DNA of 64,000 nt from Hyphomicrobiales bacterium (GCA_021775615.1 JAJFHL010000171.1:9282-73281), one strand, 5' to 3'; numbered from the stretch's first letter, positions 54,856 through 64,000 are shown. Numbers and translations: made by a program. The notes: generated from the letters alone by a model not told the origin.

Positions 54856-54945
54856 TGGCGGAGAGAGAGGGATTCGAACCCTCGGAACGCTTACGCGCTC
54901 AACGGTTTTCGAGACCGCCCCGTTCAACCACTCCGGCACCTCTCC
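54856..54945 (-). tRNA. tRNA-Ser (anticodon CGA)
   Basis: Folded by hand: acceptor GGAGAGG/CCTCTCT, anticodon loop CUCGAAA, long variable arm, T-loop GGTTCGAATCC, encoded CCA. Confidence 0.9.
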
Positions 54946-55041
54946 GCGATGACCGTGGTCGACTGACCGCGCTAGATACACGTCCGGGCCGTATCTGCCA
55001 AGGGCTCAATGAGTTCGGCGGCCCGCGCTTCGCGACACGCG

Positions 55042-56559
55042 TCAGATTTCAGAGTCGCCAAGCTCTTCCGTCCGCCGCGCCACATACTCTGCCAGCGCCT
55101 CTTTGGTGCCTTCATCCATCGGCGGTTCCTCGTAGGCCTCCAGCATGGCCTTCCACTTGGCGTTGGCGCGTTGGGCGGTGTCCGGCGCGCCTGCGTTCTC
55201 CCAGAACTCGTAGGGGCGCCAGTCGGAGAGGATCGGGGCGTGGAAGGCGGTTTCGTAGCGCGCAAGTGTGTGCTCGGTGCCAAGGAAATGGCCGCCGGGG
55301 CCGACCTGGGCGATGGCCTCCATGGCTTCTTCAGCGTCGGAGAAGTCGAGGCTGCCGCGCAGGGCGCCCATCATGCCGATCATCTCTGAATCGAGGATGG
55401 TCTTCTCAAAGCCGGTGGTGAGGCCGCCCTCCATCCAGCCATGGGCGTGGTAGACGAAATGCGCGCCGGAAAGCTGCGCCGCCCACAGGGAAAACATGGA
55501 TTCGTATGCGCCTTGCGCATCCGGCGCGTTGGAGGTCGAGCCGAGCATGACCCGCTGGGGCAGCTTGTAGCGCCGCGCCATCTGGCCGTTGGCGAGGGTG
55601 CCGGTCACCGTCTCGGGCACGCCCATGGCCGGCGCGCCGGACTTCATGTCGACCGGCGTCGTCAGGACGCCGTAGAAGCACGGGGCTCCCGCTTTCACCA
55701 TCTGGAGGAACGCGATGACGCCGATGGCTTCGGCGTTGCACTGGATGATGCTGCCGGACAGGGTGATCGGCGACATGGCGCCGGCGAAGGCGACCGGCGA
55801 GATCACATTGGCCTGACCGTTGACGGCCAGTTCCATGGCCGCCTCGATGAGCGGTGCGTCCATGACCAGGGGCGAGTTCACATTGATGCTGCCGTGAATG
55901 CGCGGCGCGCGGCGCAGTTCGTCGCGGTCGATGCCATAGGCGATCTCGATCATGTCGAGACTGTCGCGCACCCTGGTGCGCCCGATGGCGTAGACCCGGG
56001 TCACCTTGTCCGACAGGGTGTGCCAGGCATAGGCGCTTGTCAGGTGGCGGGTGTTGGGCGGCGTGTCGATGGGCTCGACCGGGTGTCCGGAATGGAAGGC
56101 GCAGGTGCCGAGCATGTGGTTCAAGCGCACGAGGTCCTCGAAATCGGCCTGCGTCCCCGGCCGGCGGCCGCGGTCCATGTCGAGCACATTGGGGGCGCTT
56201 GAGGCCGAGCCATAGTGGATGTGCTCGTTGCCGATATGGAGGTCGTTGGCCGGATTGCGTGCCCGCATGGTGAATTCGGCAGGCGCCAGCTTTAGAAAAT
56301 GCTCCACCACGTCGGCGGGAAAGCGGGTCATGCCGGTGTCGCGATCGACCGAACAGCCGTTGGCTTCGAGGATCGGCCAGGTCTCTTCGGAGTGAAACTT
56401 GAGCCCGGTCTCCGCCAGCAGCGTGAGGGAGAGCCGGTGGACGCGGTCTTCCTCGTCTTCGCTCAGGATGTCGAGGGGCGTGTAGGCGCGGCGGATGGGA
56501 GTGAACTGTTGTCCCGAAACGTCAGGGCTTCTGGCGCGGCGCTGGCGGCGGGCGGACAT
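55042..56559 (-). CDS. MttB-superfamily (trimethylamine methyltransferase-like) protein, non-pyrrolysine type
   Basis: 505-aa uninterrupted ORF (no in-frame TAG) with MttB-family similarity along its length. Confidence 0.75.
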   Translation of the reverse strand: MSARRQRRARSPDVSGQQFTPIRRAYTPLDILSEDEEDRVHRLSLTLLAETGLKFHSEETWPILEANGCSVDRDTGMTRFPADVVEHFLKLAPAEFTMRARNPANDLHIGNEHIHYGSASSAPNVLDMDRGRRPGTQADFEDLVRLNHMLGTCAFHSGHPVEPIDTPPNTRHLTSAYAWHTLSDKVTRVYAIGRTRVRDSLDMIEIAYGIDRDELRRAPRIHGSINVNSPLVMDAPLIEAAMELAVNGQANVISPVAFAGAMSPITLSGSIIQCNAEAIGVIAFLQMVKAGAPCFYGVLTTPVDMKSGAPAMGVPETVTGTLANGQMARRYKLPQRVMLGSTSNAPDAQGAYESMFSLWAAQLSGAHFVYHAHGWMEGGLTTGFEKTILDSEMIGMMGALRGSLDFSDAEEAMEAIAQVGPGGHFLGTEHTLARYETAFHAPILSDWRPYEFWENAGAPDTAQRANAKWKAMLEAYEEPPMDEGTKEALAEYVARRTEELGDSEI

Positions 56560-56670
56560 GGAATGGCTCCGGGGCGTTGCAGGGGACGCAACTATTGCCG
56601 GACGCGGCGATGCTGTCGCCTGAAAAGATGTTGTCTCAGGCGCAATAATCTTGCGTCAGTGCATGGCGCC

Positions 56671-57066
56671 TCAGCAGCCCGCAAGATAGCGGCACGGGCA
56701 ATCGGCAGTAAACCGGCAGCTGAATTCGTGAGGGTAGGGTGTTCCGAGGGCGTAGAAACCGGGGTCGAAATAAACGGTCCGCGCCTTGTGGGCATAGGGC
56801 GAGCGATAGGGCGCCCACGTGCCGTTGCTTCGGGAGTGTCGGGTTCCGGGCGTTTGCCGGCCGCGGCGTTCGGCAAGCCAGGCTTCCATGGTCTCCACGG
56901 TGCGTCCATGGATGGCGCGAATGGGGTGAACGGGCATCGGGCTGGTGTCTGTGTCCGCGGCGGGCTCATGCATGTCGACGGCGTCGTCCATTCCGCCGGC
57001 CTGAGCCGTGCTCGCCAGCGCCGCTGCCAGGGCCATCGTCAAAAACCACAGTTTGCTGATCTTCAT
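56671..57066 (-). CDS. small exported Cys-containing protein, unknown function
   Basis: Signal peptide (STAQA/GG); C-terminal CRFTADCPCRYLAGC. Confidence 0.45.
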   Translation of the reverse strand: MKISKLWFLTMALAAALASTAQAGGMDDAVDMHEPAADTDTSPMPVHPIRAIHGRTVETMEAWLAERRGRQTPGTRHSRSNGTWAPYRSPYAHKARTVYFDPGFYALGTPYPHEFSCRFTADCPCRYLAGC

Positions 57067-57204
57067 GCCTCTCCTCCCGAACGCATCGGATTTCGCCCGG
57101 CAACGTGCCGGCGCATCATATGGAGGGCCTCTTGTGAGGTATGAGTGTTGCAGCGAATTCGCGGGCCGTAAAGCCTTGCAGCATCGCTTGGTTAGCGCTC
57201 GCGC

Positions 57205-57714
57205 TCAGGCTCCATCCGGCATCATGGGAATGTCCGTGTCGTCGGGCCTTGCCCCCTTCGCCGTCAGCATGGCGTGAACCTGGCCACGGTGGTGGGTCTG
57301 GTGATTGAAGAAGTGGGTGATGAGCAGCCAAAGAGGTTTGGTGATCTCCCGGCCCGCGGCCCCGGAATGCCAGATGAGGTCGCCTTTGAGATCGTCCGCC
57401 GCAAGGCCGCCGGCCCACTCGACAATCTGCCGGTCGAGGGTGTCGCGGGCGCCACGCAACTCGTCCCAGCTTTGGGTTTCGCCGGTTGACGAGGGAATGT
57501 CCGGTACCGTCGGCGCCGGAAATGGCGCGAAACGGTGCATCCAGATCCTGTCGGCCCACAAGAGGTGGTTGAGGGTGGCCTCGATTGAGCCGAAGAAGGC
57601 GCCCTGGTCGGCGCGCCGGTCGGCTTCGCTCAGGGTTTCGGCGGCGGTGAAAATGCTGCCGTTCTGCCAGCGGTTGTAGGCAGCCATAAGCCGGACGTGG
57701 TCGGTCGAGATCAT
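57205..57714 (-). CDS. DinB-family (four-helix bundle, metal-binding) protein
   Basis: From ATG 57714: YNRWQN...ATLNHLLWADRIW...HFFNHQTHHRGQ histidine triad pattern. Confidence 0.8.
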   Translation of the reverse strand: MISTDHVRLMAAYNRWQNGSIFTAAETLSEADRRADQGAFFGSIEATLNHLLWADRIWMHRFAPFPAPTVPDIPSSTGETQSWDELRGARDTLDRQIVEWAGGLAADDLKGDLIWHSGAAGREITKPLWLLITHFFNHQTHHRGQVHAMLTAKGARPDDTDIPMMPDGA

Positions 57715-57718
57715 CGGT

Positions 57719-58336
57719 TCACCTCGTTTCGCTGCAGCGCACGGCAATCAGCGTCGCCATGGCAATCATTTCTTCAAGCGTGTCCGCGGACTCAGGATAG
57801 CCATCGGAAAAGACCGCGATCTTGTCGCCTTCGACGCGCAAGTCAAGCTGCCGCAGTTCTGACTTGAGCAGCATGTCGCGCACCGGCTGGTCGAGAACCC
57901 GACGGGCGAAGGCCATGTCATCGGCCACAATACGGAAGGCCTTGGTGAAGTTTGTCTCGTCGGGCGTGAGCGTTTCGCGGCCGATCGCTTCATCGACCAG
58001 TCCTTTGACGTAGCCCTCGACGCTGCCATCGCCGCGCTTCACCGCGAGGTTCTGTCCGGTTTCAAAGGAGAGCTCGAGTTCGACAATCGAGAAGGGACCC
58101 TGGCCCGGTGCGGTGGCGCCCGCGTTATCCATCGCGGTGACGAGCCAGGCGCCGTGTGTGTCGCGAAACCTGAGTTGGGGCAGGGCAAACCACCCTTCGT
58201 TTTGAATGTTGCCGCCATGGTGCGCGGCAAGTGTCGCAAGGAGCAGCCGCTGCCTGCGGCTTTCACTTGTGTGGCCGCGGTAGCCGAAATACACGGCCGC
58301 GCCGACGGCCGCCGAGATCATCATCCACCATTCCAT
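57719..58336 (-). CDS. membrane-anchored protein, unknown function
   Basis: From ATG 58336: single N-terminal TM helix (WWMMISAAVGAAVYFGY), soluble remainder unrecognised; 4 nt upstream of DinB gene. Confidence 0.45.
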   Translation of the reverse strand: MEWWMMISAAVGAAVYFGYRGHTSESRRQRLLLATLAAHHGGNIQNEGWFALPQLRFRDTHGAWLVTAMDNAGATAPGQGPFSIVELELSFETGQNLAVKRGDGSVEGYVKGLVDEAIGRETLTPDETNFTKAFRIVADDMAFARRVLDQPVRDMLLKSELRQLDLRVEGDKIAVFSDGYPESADTLEEMIAMATLIAVRCSETR

Positions 58337-58453
58337 GATCGCACTCCTCGTCTGGATGCGCCGGCGCCGCATGAGCGCATGGCTGCCATGCGTCTGATGC
58401 ATTGCCATGGCCCGGGCCAGTCCGCATAGTGCGGGCCTTCAAGAGGCGGGGAC

Positions 58454-59371
58454 ATGACGCAGAGCGAGGCAACGGCCTCTTATAACAATACTTTGCGCGG
58501 TATTGCATGGATGGTGCTGACCGGACTGATGTTCGTGTGCGTCACCGGAATTGTGCGCTATCTGGGCACCGACCTGCCGGCGGTTCAGTCCGCCTTCCTG
58601 CGTTATCTGATCGGTCTCGTACTGATCATGCCGGCGCTTATCGGCGTGCTGCGCAACTGGCCGCCCGGTGATGTCGTGGGGCTCTATGTGGTGCGCGGTC
58701 TGGTGCATGGCGTGGCCGTGTTCCTGTGGTTCTTCGCAATGGCCCGCATTCCCATCGCCGAGGTCACGGCGATCGGATACACCTCGCCCATATTCGTCAC
58801 CATCGGTGCCGCGTTTTTTCTCGGCGAGCGGCTCTATGTCCGGCGCATCGCGGCGGTTGCCGTGGGATTTCTCGGCACACTGATCATCATCAGGCCTGGC
58901 TTTCAGGAAATCGGCATCGGCCAACTGGCGCAGCTTGCGGCGGCGCCGTTTTTCGCGACCTCGTTCATTCTCGCCAAGAAGCTGACAAGCCGGCAGAATC
59001 CGGCGGCCATCGTCGCCATGCTGTCGTTGTTCTGCACGCTGACGCTGCTGCCGGGAGCGATTGCGCAGTGGCGCACCCCGACATGGGAGGAGCTCTTCTG
59101 GCTCACCATGACGGCGGTCTTCGCGACCGCCGGGCATTACACGCTGACCCAGGCGTTCAAGGCGGCGCCGATCACGGTGACACAGCCGGTGAGCTTTCTG
59201 CAGCTGGTCTGGGCGGCGCTCCTCGGCATGGTTGTCTTCGACGAGGCGCTCGACCCCTTCGTGTTCCTCGGCGGCGGCGTCATTGTCGCGGCGGCCAGCT
59301 ACATCTCGCACCGCGAGGCGGTAGCGGCGCGCCATGCTGTAACTCCGCCTGCCGAGGCGACCAAGTCTTAG
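58454..59371 (+). CDS. EamA/DMT-family transporter
   Basis: 10-helix pattern, two EamA repeats. Confidence 0.8.
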   Translation: MTQSEATASYNNTLRGIAWMVLTGLMFVCVTGIVRYLGTDLPAVQSAFLRYLIGLVLIMPALIGVLRNWPPGDVVGLYVVRGLVHGVAVFLWFFAMARIPIAEVTAIGYTSPIFVTIGAAFFLGERLYVRRIAAVAVGFLGTLIIIRPGFQEIGIGQLAQLAAAPFFATSFILAKKLTSRQNPAAIVAMLSLFCTLTLLPGAIAQWRTPTWEELFWLTMTAVFATAGHYTLTQAFKAAPITVTQPVSFLQLVWAALLGMVVFDEALDPFVFLGGGVIVAAASYISHREAVAARHAVTPPAEATKS

Positions 59372-59432
59372 GAATAGTGTTTATCCTCGCCGGCCCGCTC
59401 CCCCGGGCCGGTCTGGATCGTGCCCTGCAAGA

Positions 59433-60191
59433 TCATCGCGTGCGGTATTCCGCGGGCAGGAAGTGCAGGTGATCCTGATGCTCGACGGCCAGGTGGCAGG
59501 CGATGCAGAATTCCACCCTGCCGGCGGATACGCCCTTGGTCTCGCCGAGAAGGCTGCCGTCCGGCAGTATGGCGGTGTAGCGCCAGTCGCCGGAAACGTA
59601 GTTGAACCCCTTCGGCATTTTTTCCATCACGAACAGCAGTCCGGGCCGCACCGTGCCGTCTTCGGAAACCGTGAAAGTGTCTTTGGCGAGCACGGAACCG
59701 ACAGGCATCGGCCCGGCTTTTTCGAAAAGGCCGTAGTCCTTGGCGGCGGCGTTGCCGTAACTGTTGGCATACCGGTTGCCGTGGGCGGCGCTGACGTAGG
59801 GCGCCCGGTTGTAACGAGGCCATGACTGGTAGCCGGCGATGTTGGCTTCGTCTGAAACCGCGTAGCGCCGCGCCAGTTCCTGCTTCAGGTTGCCGTAGAT
59901 GCGTTCGACGTCGCGGTCGGACACATCGGTGACGTTTTGAGCGCGGAAATGGCGCCGCAACCGGTCAAGGTCCTCCGGCGCCGTTACCGGGCCGGTTCGG
60001 TGGGAGTTGGCGTTCAGTTCGCGTTCTTCCACATCGCCGCGCACGGCGGTGCTGAAGACCGCCGCCACCATCATGGCGGCACCGGCTATTCCAAGTGTGC
60101 GGATCCAGGGTCGCTGTGGTCGGTGCGAGCGCGGATCCCCATTTTCCAGTTTAGAGGACATTCCTGCCTCGCCTGGCATTGCAGCCTGCAT
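59433..60191 (-). CDS. cytochrome P460-family haem protein
   Basis: C-terminal haem-c motif CIACH, hydrophobic N-terminal anchor/signal; start uncertain (ATG 60191 or 60161); upstream part of ORF overlaps repeat copy B. Confidence 0.65.
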   Translation of the reverse strand: MQAAMPGEAGMSSKLENGDPRSHRPQRPWIRTLGIAGAAMMVAAVFSTAVRGDVEERELNANSHRTGPVTAPEDLDRLRRHFRAQNVTDVSDRDVERIYGNLKQELARRYAVSDEANIAGYQSWPRYNRAPYVSAAHGNRYANSYGNAAAKDYGLFEKAGPMPVGSVLAKDTFTVSEDGTVRPGLLFVMEKMPKGFNYVSGDWRYTAILPDGSLLGETKGVSAGRVEFCIACHLAVEHQDHLHFLPAEYRTR

Positions 60192-60218
60192 GTTTCGGTG
60201 ACCGACAAGATCACGTTT

Positions 60219-60270
60219 TAGGGCGGGATCGCACGGAGAACCGGTATCCACTTTTCCCGATCCCACTCTA
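60219..60270. repeat. 52-bp hairpin repeat, family 1, copy B
   Basis: TAGGGCGGGATCGCACGGAGAACCGGTATCCACTTTTCCCGATCCCACTCTA aligns base-for-base with 45857..45908 with a handful of substitutions. Confidence 0.65.
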
Positions 60271-60391
60271 TTGTGAGCTGGGTACGGCGTGACGAGAAGT
60301 CAACTCGCCTCACGTGATTGCGCGAGGGCGAGAGGGCGCAATCACACGATCGTGCACGCATTTTGATGGTGCGCATATTGAATGCGCGAGT

Positions 60392-61318
60392 TCAGTGCCG
60401 CGAGCGGCCGATATTGGGGATGACCAGCACGCTTGCGAGGGCCGATACGATGAGGACCAGGGCGGCAAGCTCTCTCCAGCCCACCGGTTCGGCAAGGATG
60501 AAGTGGCTTGAATAGACCCCGACCACCGGCACCATCAGCGTTCCGATGGCGGCAACGGACGCCGGGAACAGGTGGACCGTTTTGTAATAGGCCCATTGGC
60601 AGAACACCATGGGAAAGCCGTAGATGTAGAACAGTGCGATGGCCGCATCGCGGCTGAGGCCGGAGATGTCCGGCACGGGCTCCAGCAAGGCGGCGACAAC
60701 CAGCATCGGCACAGCCGAGAGGAGCAACTGCCAGCCGACATTGCTGGCTATGGGCGCGGTCCAGCGGAAGCGCTTGAAGAGGGTTGTGCCAAAGGCCCAG
60801 GAAAGGGCCGCGCCGAGCATGAACATCGCGCCAAGGGGCGCCCGGCCGAGCGCCACGAGATCCGGACCGATCAGGACGCCGAGGCCGATAACGCCAAGGG
60901 TGAGACCGAATATCTTGGGCAGGGTAAACCGTTCACCGAGGATCCAGCTCGCAAACACCGCGGCCCAGACCGGCATGGTGAAGGCGATGATCGCGGCGCG
61001 TCCGGCGCCGATCAGCGAAACGCCATAAGCGGACAACATCAGCCAACCGACGAAGTTGAACAGTGAACAGATAAGGGCGAGGGGAATCTCGCGCCGTTCC
61101 AGGCGTATCGAATTGCCCGATGCGGCTGAAATCGCGAGCAGGGCGCCGCCGCCGACCAGCGCGCATGACGCGCGGAACCACCAGGCGGGCAGTTCGCTCA
61201 TGATGATCTTCATGCCGGGCCAGTTGAGACCCCAGAACAGCGACAGGCCGGCGAGCAGGACGAAGCCCATGGGCGGCAGGGCCCGGGCGGCAGATCTGGA
61301 GGAAGTCTGTGACGACAT
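60392..61318 (-). CDS. EamA/DMT-family transporter
   Basis: 10-helix pattern, two EamA repeats. Confidence 0.8.
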   Translation of the reverse strand: MSSQTSSRSAARALPPMGFVLLAGLSLFWGLNWPGMKIIMSELPAWWFRASCALVGGGALLAISAASGNSIRLERREIPLALICSLFNFVGWLMLSAYGVSLIGAGRAAIIAFTMPVWAAVFASWILGERFTLPKIFGLTLGVIGLGVLIGPDLVALGRAPLGAMFMLGAALSWAFGTTLFKRFRWTAPIASNVGWQLLLSAVPMLVVAALLEPVPDISGLSRDAAIALFYIYGFPMVFCQWAYYKTVHLFPASVAAIGTLMVPVVGVYSSHFILAEPVGWRELAALVLIVSALASVLVIPNIGRSRH

Positions 61319-61460
61319 GTGTTCTCGAGATGTGGCGTGCCGGGCGGCGTCACAGCCACCGGAAACGCGTGCGGCGCGATGGTTCTCCCAATTCGCCGTG
61401 GAAGTCCAGCACCATTTGCCGAAGGCCCCGGCTTGACGCCACCCGATTCTTGTGGGAAAG

Positions 61461-61474
61461 TGAACGAACGTTCA
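61461..61474. promoter_or_regulatory. perfect 14-bp palindrome, candidate TetR operator
   Basis: TGAACGAACGTTCA read directly, 20 nt upstream of the TetR start. Confidence 0.4.
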
Positions 61475-61493
61475 TTTAGAGGATTGAACCACC

Positions 61494-62087
61494 TTGAAAC
61501 CTGCCCCAACCCGCAAAGAGTCCGCGCCGCAGCAGCGTTTCCTGGACGGCGCCGCCGACCTATTCGCGCGCAACGGGTATCATGCGACTTCAATCCGCGA
61601 TATCGCCCGTGCGCTCGGCGTCACGCCGGGCGCCATCTATGCGCATTTTCCCTCGAAGGCCGGCATCCTTCTGGCGGTCTATGAGGCGGGCGTTGCCAGG
61701 ATCACCGAGGCTGTCGACCATGTGATGCAGTCCGGGGAGACACCCTGGATCGCGCTCGAAAAGGCCTGTCATCGGCATCTCGACGAAGTTCTGGCCGACA
61801 ACGGTTATGCAAGGGTGGTTGTGCGCGTTGTGCCGGAAGACGTGGCAGAGGTCAGCGCTGACCTGGCGCGCCTTCGGGCCGACTACGAATCCCGGTTCCG
61901 GCACCTGGTCGATGCGCTCGATCTGGCGCCGGGTACCAATCGGACACTGTTGCGCTTCACCCTGCTCGGAGCGCTCAACTGGAGCCAGGTCTGGTACCGG
62001 CCCGGACTGACGGCGCCCGGCGACATCGCCGGAGAAATCGTGCGCAATCTCAAAGACGGCGTGGCCGTGAAAGGAAATGAGGCATGA
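61494..62087 (+). CDS. TetR/AcrR-family transcriptional regulator
   Basis: RFLDGAADLFARNGYHATSIRDIARALGVTPGAIYAHFPSK. Confidence 0.9.
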   Translation: MKPAPTRKESAPQQRFLDGAADLFARNGYHATSIRDIARALGVTPGAIYAHFPSKAGILLAVYEAGVARITEAVDHVMQSGETPWIALEKACHRHLDEVLADNGYARVVVRVVPEDVAEVSADLARLRADYESRFRHLVDALDLAPGTNRTLLRFTLLGALNWSQVWYRPGLTAPGDIAGEIVRNLKDGVAVKGNEA

Positions 62088-62527
62088 CACTCGCACAACA
62101 TGACAGTTTCCCGCCCCGGGTGCTGGTGACCAAAATTGGTTTCGACGGGCATGACCGGGGCAGCCGTATCGTTGCCTCGTTCCTGCGCGATGCGGGCATG
62201 GAGGTGATCTACACGCCGCCGTGGCAGGAGATCTCGCAAGTTGTGCGACTGGCGCTCGAAGAAGACGTCGATGTGGTTGGCGTCAGCTCGCTTTCGACCG
62301 ACCATCTCCTGATGCCGAAATTGATGAAGGCACTGGATGAGGCGGGGCTCGGCCATGTCAAGGTCGTTGTCGGTGGTATCGTGCCCGATGAAGATGAAGC
62401 GCTGCTGATGGACGCCGGCGTCTCCAAAGTGTTTCATCCGGGCGTCGGCCGCGAAGAAATCGTCGGCGGCGTTGCCGAATATGCGGCGCAGGCGCGTCAA
62501 TTGCGAAGCGAGGAGCTTGTGACATGA
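62084..62527 (+). CDS. cobalamin-binding small subunit of a split acyl-CoA mutase
   Basis: DxHxxG motif (GFDGHDRG), SSL...GG B12-binding Rossmann pattern; ATGA overlaps on both sides. Confidence 0.85.
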   Translation: MTLAQHDSFPPRVLVTKIGFDGHDRGSRIVASFLRDAGMEVIYTPPWQEISQVVRLALEEDVDVVGVSSLSTDHLLMPKLMKALDEAGLGHVKVVVGGIVPDEDEALLMDAGVSKVFHPGVGREEIVGGVAEYAAQARQLRSEELVT

Positions 62528-64000
62528 GCGATCGTTCAGATCAGGTTGTACAACTGCCGCTGCCGGGTTTCGAGACCGCGAAACGCCAATGGCGCTCCGA
62601 ATTCGACGGCCAGATGAAGGACAAGCCCAATCCGAAGAACCGCTCAGGCGTCGAAGTGAAGCCGGTCTACACGTCGGATGACTGGGACCCCTCCTCCTAT
62701 ATGGACGACCTGGGCTTCCCCGGCCAGCTGCCGATGACCCGCGGCATCTATCCGAGCATGCATCGCGGCCGCACCTGGACCCAGCGCCAGTTGATCGGCC
62801 TCGGTACGCCGGAAGACTTCAACGAGCGCCTCAAGACCCTGATCGCCTCAGGAGCCTCCGCGGGCAGTCTCATTCCCTGTAATTCGGTCTATCGCGGCTA
62901 TGACGGGGACGAGGTCGACCCCCTGCTGCTGGGCACCTGCGGTGCCGTGGTCAATACGGTCGACGACATGGAGATCTGTTTCCGCGACATTCCGATCGGG
63001 GATTTCTCAACCGCCCTCAACGATCCCTCGCCGTTCACCTTGCTGGCTCTGCTGCTGGCGGTCGCCAAGCGCCGCCAGGTGCCGTGGAACCGTATTTCCG
63101 GCACATCGAACCAGAGCGATTACATTTCACATTTCGTCTGCAATCACATGTTCTTCCGTCTCGCCCTGCCGGGAGCACGAAGGGTGCTGACCGATCACAT
63201 TGTGTTCGCCCAGAAACATCTGCCGGGCTGGAACCCGCTGTCCGTGGTGGGCCAGCATATGCAGCAGGGCGGGGCGACGCCGGCCGAAGCCATGGGCCTG
63301 ACGCTTTCAACCGCCATTCAGTATGCCAACGACTGTGCGGCGCGCGGGCTCGATCCGGACGATTTTCTCGCCAAGTTCACTTTCTTTTTCGACATCTCGA
63401 TCAGCTTCTTCGAAGAGATCGCCAAGTTCCGCGCCGGGCGGCGGATCTGGCAGCGCATCGTGCGCGAACGTTTCGGCGCGCAGAACCCGAAGGCCTGGCG
63501 CTTCAAATTCCACGCCCAGACGTCCGGCGTCGATCTCACCCGCGAGCAACCCCTGAACAACATCGCACGCGTCACCGCGCAGGCGATTGCCGGTATCTTC
63601 GGCGGCCTGCAGTCCCTGCACACAGATGCCTATGACGAGGTGCTGAGCGTCCCGACCGAACATGCCGCGCGCATCGCCATTTCGACCCAGGAGATCCTCA
63701 AGCGCGAAGCCCATCTGACCGATGTGATAGATCCGCTCGGCGGTTCGTACTACGTTGAAACTCTGACCAATGAGATGGAGGAGAAGATTCTTTCCGTCAT
63801 CGAACAGATCGACGAGGCGGGCGGCATGTATGCCGCTGTCGAATCCGGCCTGGTCCAGAAGATCGTCGGCGATTCGGCGCTCGCCTTCCAGGATCGTGTC
63901 GACCAGGGCGAAGAGACCATCGTCGGGGTCAACAGGTTCCAGGTGTCGGAAGAAGACGAACTGCCGCGCCAGCCGCTGCGTCCGCCACAGGCTGATGTCA
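62524..64000 (+). CDS. methylmalonyl-CoA mutase-family large (substrate-binding TIM barrel) subunit, 3' end outside window
   Basis: My translation from ATG 62524 is open to the window end: ...[34 protein letters not shown]...[23 protein letters not shown]... Confidence 0.85.
   Translation, partial: MSDRSDQVVQLPLPGFETAKRQWRSEFDGQMKDKPNPKNRSGVEVKPVYTSDDWDPSSYMDDLGFPGQLPMTRGIYPSMHRGRTWTQRQLIGLGTPEDFNERLKTLIASGASAGSLIPCNSVYRGYDGDEVDPLLLGTCGAVVNTVDDMEICFRDIPIGDFSTALNDPSPFTLLALLLAVAKRRQVPWNRISGTSNQSDYISHFVCNHMFFRLALPGARRVLTDHIVFAQKHLPGWNPLSVVGQHMQQGGATPAEAMGLTLSTAIQYANDCAARGLDPDDFLAKFTFFFDISISFFEEIAKFRAGRRIWQRIVRERFGAQNPKAWRFKFHAQTSGVDLTREQPLNNIARVTAQAIAGIFGGLQSLHTDAYDEVLSVPTEHAARIAISTQEILKREAHLTDVIDPLGGSYYVETLTNEMEEKILSVIEQIDEAGGMYAAVESGLVQKIVGDSALAFQDRVDQGEETIVGVNRFQVSEEDELPRQPLRPPQADV

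Noticed and set aside
54856-54945. tRNA-Ser as a genomic-island integration site
   Set aside because: There is no integrase gene on either side. I could not find a duplicated copy of the tRNA 3' end nearby, and the neighbouring genes are ordinary transporters and metabolic genes.
59433-60266. Full 277-aa ORF as the cytochrome P460 coding region
   Set aside because: Its first ~25 codons run through hairpin repeat copy B (60219-60270). An internal ATG at 60191 or 60161, preceding the hydrophobic anchor, is more plausible.
60314-60387. Two short hairpins (10-bp stem at 60314-60345; 6-bp stem at 60371-60387) after the EamA gene as rho-independent terminators
   Set aside because: Neither is followed by a T-tract on the minus (coding) strand. 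They may be structural, but I cannot support a terminator call.

Overview
This is a high-GC alphaproteobacterial chromosome segment of about 60 genes, with no rRNA genes, CRISPR arrays or intact IS/prophage. Most of it is a housekeeping backbone. On the plus strand this runs mmsA (3' part), zapE, mdh, sucC-sucD-sucA-sucB-lpdA, priA and atpHAGDC. On the minus strand it runs xerC-tal, rppH, a YibQ-like deacetylase, ctpA, an M23 peptidase, rlmH-rsfS, nadD-proA-proB-obgE and rpmA-rplU. There is one tRNA-Ser(CGA).

The backbone appears interrupted by accessory blocks:
- A tandemly duplicated porin plus small exported protein module lies at 2.5-5.9 kb.
- A 269-bp MITE-like element with perfect 26-bp terminal inverted repeats sits exactly at the sucB/lpdA junction.
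- An ~11-kb block lies between lpdA and xerC (16.4-27.4 kb). It carries a LysR-controlled TRAP transporter, a Usp protein, an orphan TauA-like binding protein and split sulfopyruvate-decarboxylase-like ComDE. It also carries a divergent fold-type-II PLP enzyme.
- A ~3.4-kb insert lies between rsfS and nadD.
- The right end (53-64 kb) mixes EamA transporters, an MttB-family protein, cytochrome P460, and a TetR plus split B12 acyl-CoA mutase.

The most unusual gene is in the 11-kb block at 18195..19544. It encodes a 449-aa fusion of a HigA-type HTH, a dCTP-deaminase/dUTPase-fold domain whose catalytic residues appear to be replaced, and an unrecognisable C-terminal domain.

Two families of short hairpin repeats occur twice each. 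All functional calls rest on motif recognition by eye, and no database search was run.
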